A stretch of 64,000 nucleotides of DNA, from positions 77,305 to 141,304 of the forward strand of contig JBJTQJ010000108.1 of NCBI GenBank assembly GCA_046075565.1, in the 5' to 3' direction. The position numbers were made by a program, and so were the translations under genes. The notes beneath the pieces were generated by a model. That model ran no database searches and was not told where the DNA came from. It was given only the letters and a program-made list of their open reading frames with translations. Positions 61,304-64,000 of this stretch are shown here, piece after piece. Source of the DNA: Verrucomicrobiales bacterium (GTDB lineage Bacteria; Verrucomicrobiota; Verrucomicrobiia; Verrucomicrobiales; SLCJ01). Every line of letters begins with the position of its first letter. The first letter of the stretch is position 1.

Positions 61304-61777
61304 TCAATCCTCGGTGCCATCCGCCTTGGTCCGCAGATACTTTTCCGCCCAGGCTATGTAGCGTTTGGTCAGTTCGTTGTAGAGGGCGGTATCGCCCTTG
61401 GCCTTGGCGGCGTCGATGTCCTTGAGGAGTTGGTTCATGTATTGGCCGTGCGGCTTCTGCCAGAGGAACAAGCGGCTGATCGTAAAGAGGTCGGGCGCGG
61501 AAGCAGTGCCCAAAGCGGCGATGATTGGCGGCTTCACCGTGTCCGCGAGGGCTACCGGATCACCCGCCTCTTTTGGGATGGCCAGGTCGGGCGACTGGAC
61601 ATTTTGCGCAAGACTGATGGGATCCCCAACAACCGGCATGGTCGCGACGATAAGCATCGGTGCCGATTTGGCGATCCGCACGGCATCGCCGGGGTCTTTG
61701 AGTTCTGGCTCACAAATCGGGCTGGCATGACCACTATACGAAGGCATCCCCAGGCTCCACTCATCCTCTTGCCTCAA
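61304..61777 (-). CDS. Hypothetical protein; start uncertain
   Basis: ORF with internal repeats GDAVRIA/GDPISLA/GDPVALA and a helical C-terminus. Confidence 0.5.
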   Translation of the reverse strand: MRQEDEWSLGMPSYSGHASPICEPELKDPGDAVRIAKSAPMLIVATMPVVGDPISLAQNVQSPDLAIPKEAGDPVALADTVKPPIIAALGTASAPDLFTISRLFLWQKPHGQYMNQLLKDIDAAKAKGDTALYNELTKRYIAWAEKYLRTKADGTED

Positions 61778-62023
61778 GTCCGACAGGCTGCTAGTTTTGC
61801 CCCCTCGGCCCCTTTGTCCGAAAGAGCGTCAAAACCCTGGTTTTTCCGCTTCAATCCCCCTGGCTCCATCACTACAGCCAGCACCGTCCCCACCAAGCCC
61901 TCAACTTCCGAACCCCAAACCACCACCACCAACTCCAGACCAACCCACCCGCAAACGCCGCCTGAAGAACAAAAGCACTTGTCCAACTTTCAAGGGGGCG
62001 CTACGGACACTAAATCAAAAAAC

Positions 62024-62635
62024 ATGGACAAAATGATAAAAATACTCACGCAGGAAGTAACTACTGTCATAATGCTTGGCGCCGTCTCTGTCATCACTGC
62101 ATGGGCAGGAGTCCAGTCATCCCTGCATGGTGGGGAATCCAGTAAAGCATTGTCTGCCTACATGGAGGGTCTTAGCGAATCCAGTAATATGCATTTAACT
62201 TCAGAACTTAAATATAGAACCGATATGATTGTGTGGGCTGATAAGCAAACAACACTTAGTCAAGGCGGTGATATTTTTGCAGGCTATTCAGCGGGCTCAT
62301 TTGAACTATTTGAATTCGCTATTCCCTGCCTGATAGAGAAGCCGGAAAGCCAACTGGCAGACTGTAAAACATACATGGATTCATTATACTTACCCCAACA
62401 GGAAACATTCGGCCAAGCCCTTGAATCACTAGAAAAATCACAGGTTTTAAACGATTACAGTGACAGGCTTCAAATGCTGACTGCGCTGCTGGCAGTTGCC
62501 TTGTTCATGCTAGGCATTACTTCGGTCATTCACACTCAAAAATTAAAATTTGCAATTGTTCTAGGTGCTATTGCTATAGCTCTATTTAGCGTTTTCATAT
62601 TGTTCAATGTTCCAATCGCCTCAATAGCTTGGTAA
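62024..62635 (+). CDS. Low-GC hypothetical membrane protein (about 3 TM)
   Basis: 203 aa; one N-terminal and two C-terminal hydrophobic helices; two sampled 60-nt lines are 48% and 33% GC, visibly below the core genes. Confidence 0.7.
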   Translation: MDKMIKILTQEVTTVIMLGAVSVITAWAGVQSSLHGGESSKALSAYMEGLSESSNMHLTSELKYRTDMIVWADKQTTLSQGGDIFAGYSAGSFELFEFAIPCLIEKPESQLADCKTYMDSLYLPQQETFGQALESLEKSQVLNDYSDRLQMLTALLAVALFMLGITSVIHTQKLKFAIVLGAIAIALFSVFILFNVPIASIAW

Positions 62636-62906
62636 CTTATAGAGCCTACACCTACAGGTGGAGTTGGACTGTTTCACATATACATCTAAACCTTTCCCTC
62701 GCTGCGCGGTTCCAGATTGTCGGCAATAATCACTTGAAATCACAACGCTTTTGTGAAGCGTCCCCCTCCAGAGCTGGACAGGTGACAAGAGCACAACTAT
62801 AGGGGAAGCACTCTCCCGCAGTCATGCGTAGCGGAGGCGTAGCCGTAGCGAAGCATGACTGCGGGACGCGATCCCAAAGCCATCCAAAGAACCTATCCTG
62901 ACCGAC

Positions 62907-63236
62907 ATGCCTGAACCCGAATCCGACACCGACATCAAACGCTGGACCGCGCGCCGCAAGGCCGCCGCCGTCCTCGACATCATCAAAGGCAAGACCACCG
63001 CCGCCGAACTGGCCCGCACCCATGATCTGACCCTCGCAGAGGTGGAACAATGGGTGGAGGACTTCGTGTCCATCGGCACCGAGGCACTGCGCTCCCACCC
63101 GCGCGACGCGGAAGCCCGCCACAAGGCCGAGAAGAAGGATCTGCTGGCCAAAATCGGCGACCTGACCATGCAGATGGAGGTCTACAAGATTGCCTGTGAC
63201 ATCCAGGGAAAGCCCTTGCCCGACGTGAACTCATGA
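62907..63236 (+). CDS. IS3-family transposase OrfA (HTH)
   Basis: RWTARRKAAAVL..I.G....AELAR.HDL....VEQW, then a leucine-zipper-like segment. Confidence 0.85.
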   Translation: MPEPESDTDIKRWTARRKAAAVLDIIKGKTTAAELARTHDLTLAEVEQWVEDFVSIGTEALRSHPRDAEARHKAEKKDLLAKIGDLTMQMEVYKIACDIQGKPLPDVNS

Positions 63237-64000
63237 GCCGGATCCAATCCACCCTCCTCGCGTCGGGCCAAACCGTGCCTTTGGCAAGGCTCTGCGGCTG
63301 GCTGGGCTTGCCCCGCTCCAGCGCCTACTACCAGCCGCGGCAGCGCTGCGCCCGCCCCCTTGACGAGGCCATGGCCGCCCGCATCAGGCGCCTCCACGAG
63401 CAGGAGCCGGCCTGTGGCGTGCGCGGCACTTGGAGCCGCCTGCGCTTCCGCGACGGCCAAAAGGTCAATCGCAAGAAGGTCCACCGCATCATGAAACTCA
63501 AAGGCTGGACTCTGCCCAAACGCCGCGCCGGCAAGCGCCCGCGTGTCAAAATCACCAAGTCCATCACCGCCCAACCCGACCAGCGCTGGGCCACGGACCT
63601 GGCCATGGTGCATTGCGGTCGCGATGGCTGGTGTGTCTTTGTTCCGGTCATCGACTGCTGCACGCGTCAGGTTCTGGGCCACGCCCTGGAGCGGACCGGA
63701 AGGGCCAAGACGGCCGAACGGGCATTGGAAGAAGCGCTGCTGGCCCGCTTCGGCACCCTGCGCGGCGCGCCCGCAGGCATGCTCTTGCGCCACGACAACG
63801 GGCTGGTCTTCGGCTCCCGCCAATACCGCGCCGTAATCCGAGACTACGGCCTGACCCAAGAATACATCACCCCCTACACACCACAGCAGAACGGACTCTG
63901 CGAGCGCTTCATCAGGACCTTCAAGGAGGAGTTGTGCTGGTGTCACCGCTTCGAATCCATCGAACACGCCCGGCTCAAACTGCGTGCCTGGCTCCACCAC
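63233..64000 (+). CDS. IS3-family transposase OrfB (DDE integrase core), 3'-truncated by window
   Basis: LGLPRSSAYY, VNRKKVHRIM, WATD, RHDNG, PYTPQQNGLCERF. Confidence 0.9.
   Translation, partial: MSRIQSTLLASGQTVPLARLCGWLGLPRSSAYYQPRQRCARPLDEAMAARIRRLHEQEPACGVRGTWSRLRFRDGQKVNRKKVHRIMKLKGWTLPKRRAGKRPRVKITKSITAQPDQRWATDLAMVHCGRDGWCVFVPVIDCCTRQVLGHALERTGRAKTAERALEEALLARFGTLRGAPAGMLLRHDNGLVFGSRQYRAVIRDYGLTQEYITPYTPQQNGLCERFIRTFKEELCWCHRFESIEHARLKLRAWLHH

Larger units (their letters stand above)
59862..64000. mobile_element. Probable left end of a tRNA-Leu-integrated genomic island / prophage remnant
   Basis: Housekeeping synteny stops at the tRNA. Tandem direct repeats, small orphan ORFs, a low-GC gene and an IS follow. 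No integrase or attR in the window. Confidence 0.55.
62754..64000 (+). mobile_element. IS3-family insertion sequence (right end outside window)
   Basis: Candidate left IR beginning TG (TGAAGCGTCCCCCTCCAGAGCTGGACA); orfA/orfB arrangement with orfB in the -1 frame. Confidence 0.85.

Noticed and set aside
61277-62023. N-terminal 250 aa of the 452-aa plus-strand ORF
   Set aside because: It overlaps a minus-strand ORF and has shadow-like composition; composition changes at the ATG at 62024.

Overview
A GC-rich bacterial chromosome segment whose gene content (H-X9-DG pseudopilin, ECF-sigma/Ser-Thr kinase pair, Cys-type sulfatases, beta-helix glycosidases) points to the PVC superphylum, probably Verrucomicrobiota (inference). 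1-14 kb: the 3' end of polX, then a minus-strand glycan-utilisation cluster with two GH110-like beta-helix enzymes, two sulfatases, a collapsed secreted-protein remnant, a XylR-type regulator, a frameshifted MFS transporter and an H-X9-DG pseudopilin. A 40-bp operator-like element occurs twice in it (36/40 identical). A PhoD-like gene follows. 14-59.6 kb: mostly housekeeping genes (MscS-family channel, dusB, cutA, a sigma54 two-component pair, xseB-dxs-ispD, bcp, hslO, xerD, carB, glgC, nusA-infB-rbfA-nrnA-truB-ribF, tRNA-Lys, lgt-tolQRAB-pal) plus a doubly inactivated Ser/Thr kinase-ECF sigma pair. 59.8-64 kb: a tRNA-Leu with the rare anticodon AAG, followed by what looks like the left end of an integrated element (tandem direct repeats, small membrane-protein genes each preceded by TTGACA-N14/15-ATG, a nuclease-like cargo gene, a low-GC gene and an IS3-family element running off the window). 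All calls come from reading the sequence and motifs by eye; no database searches were run.
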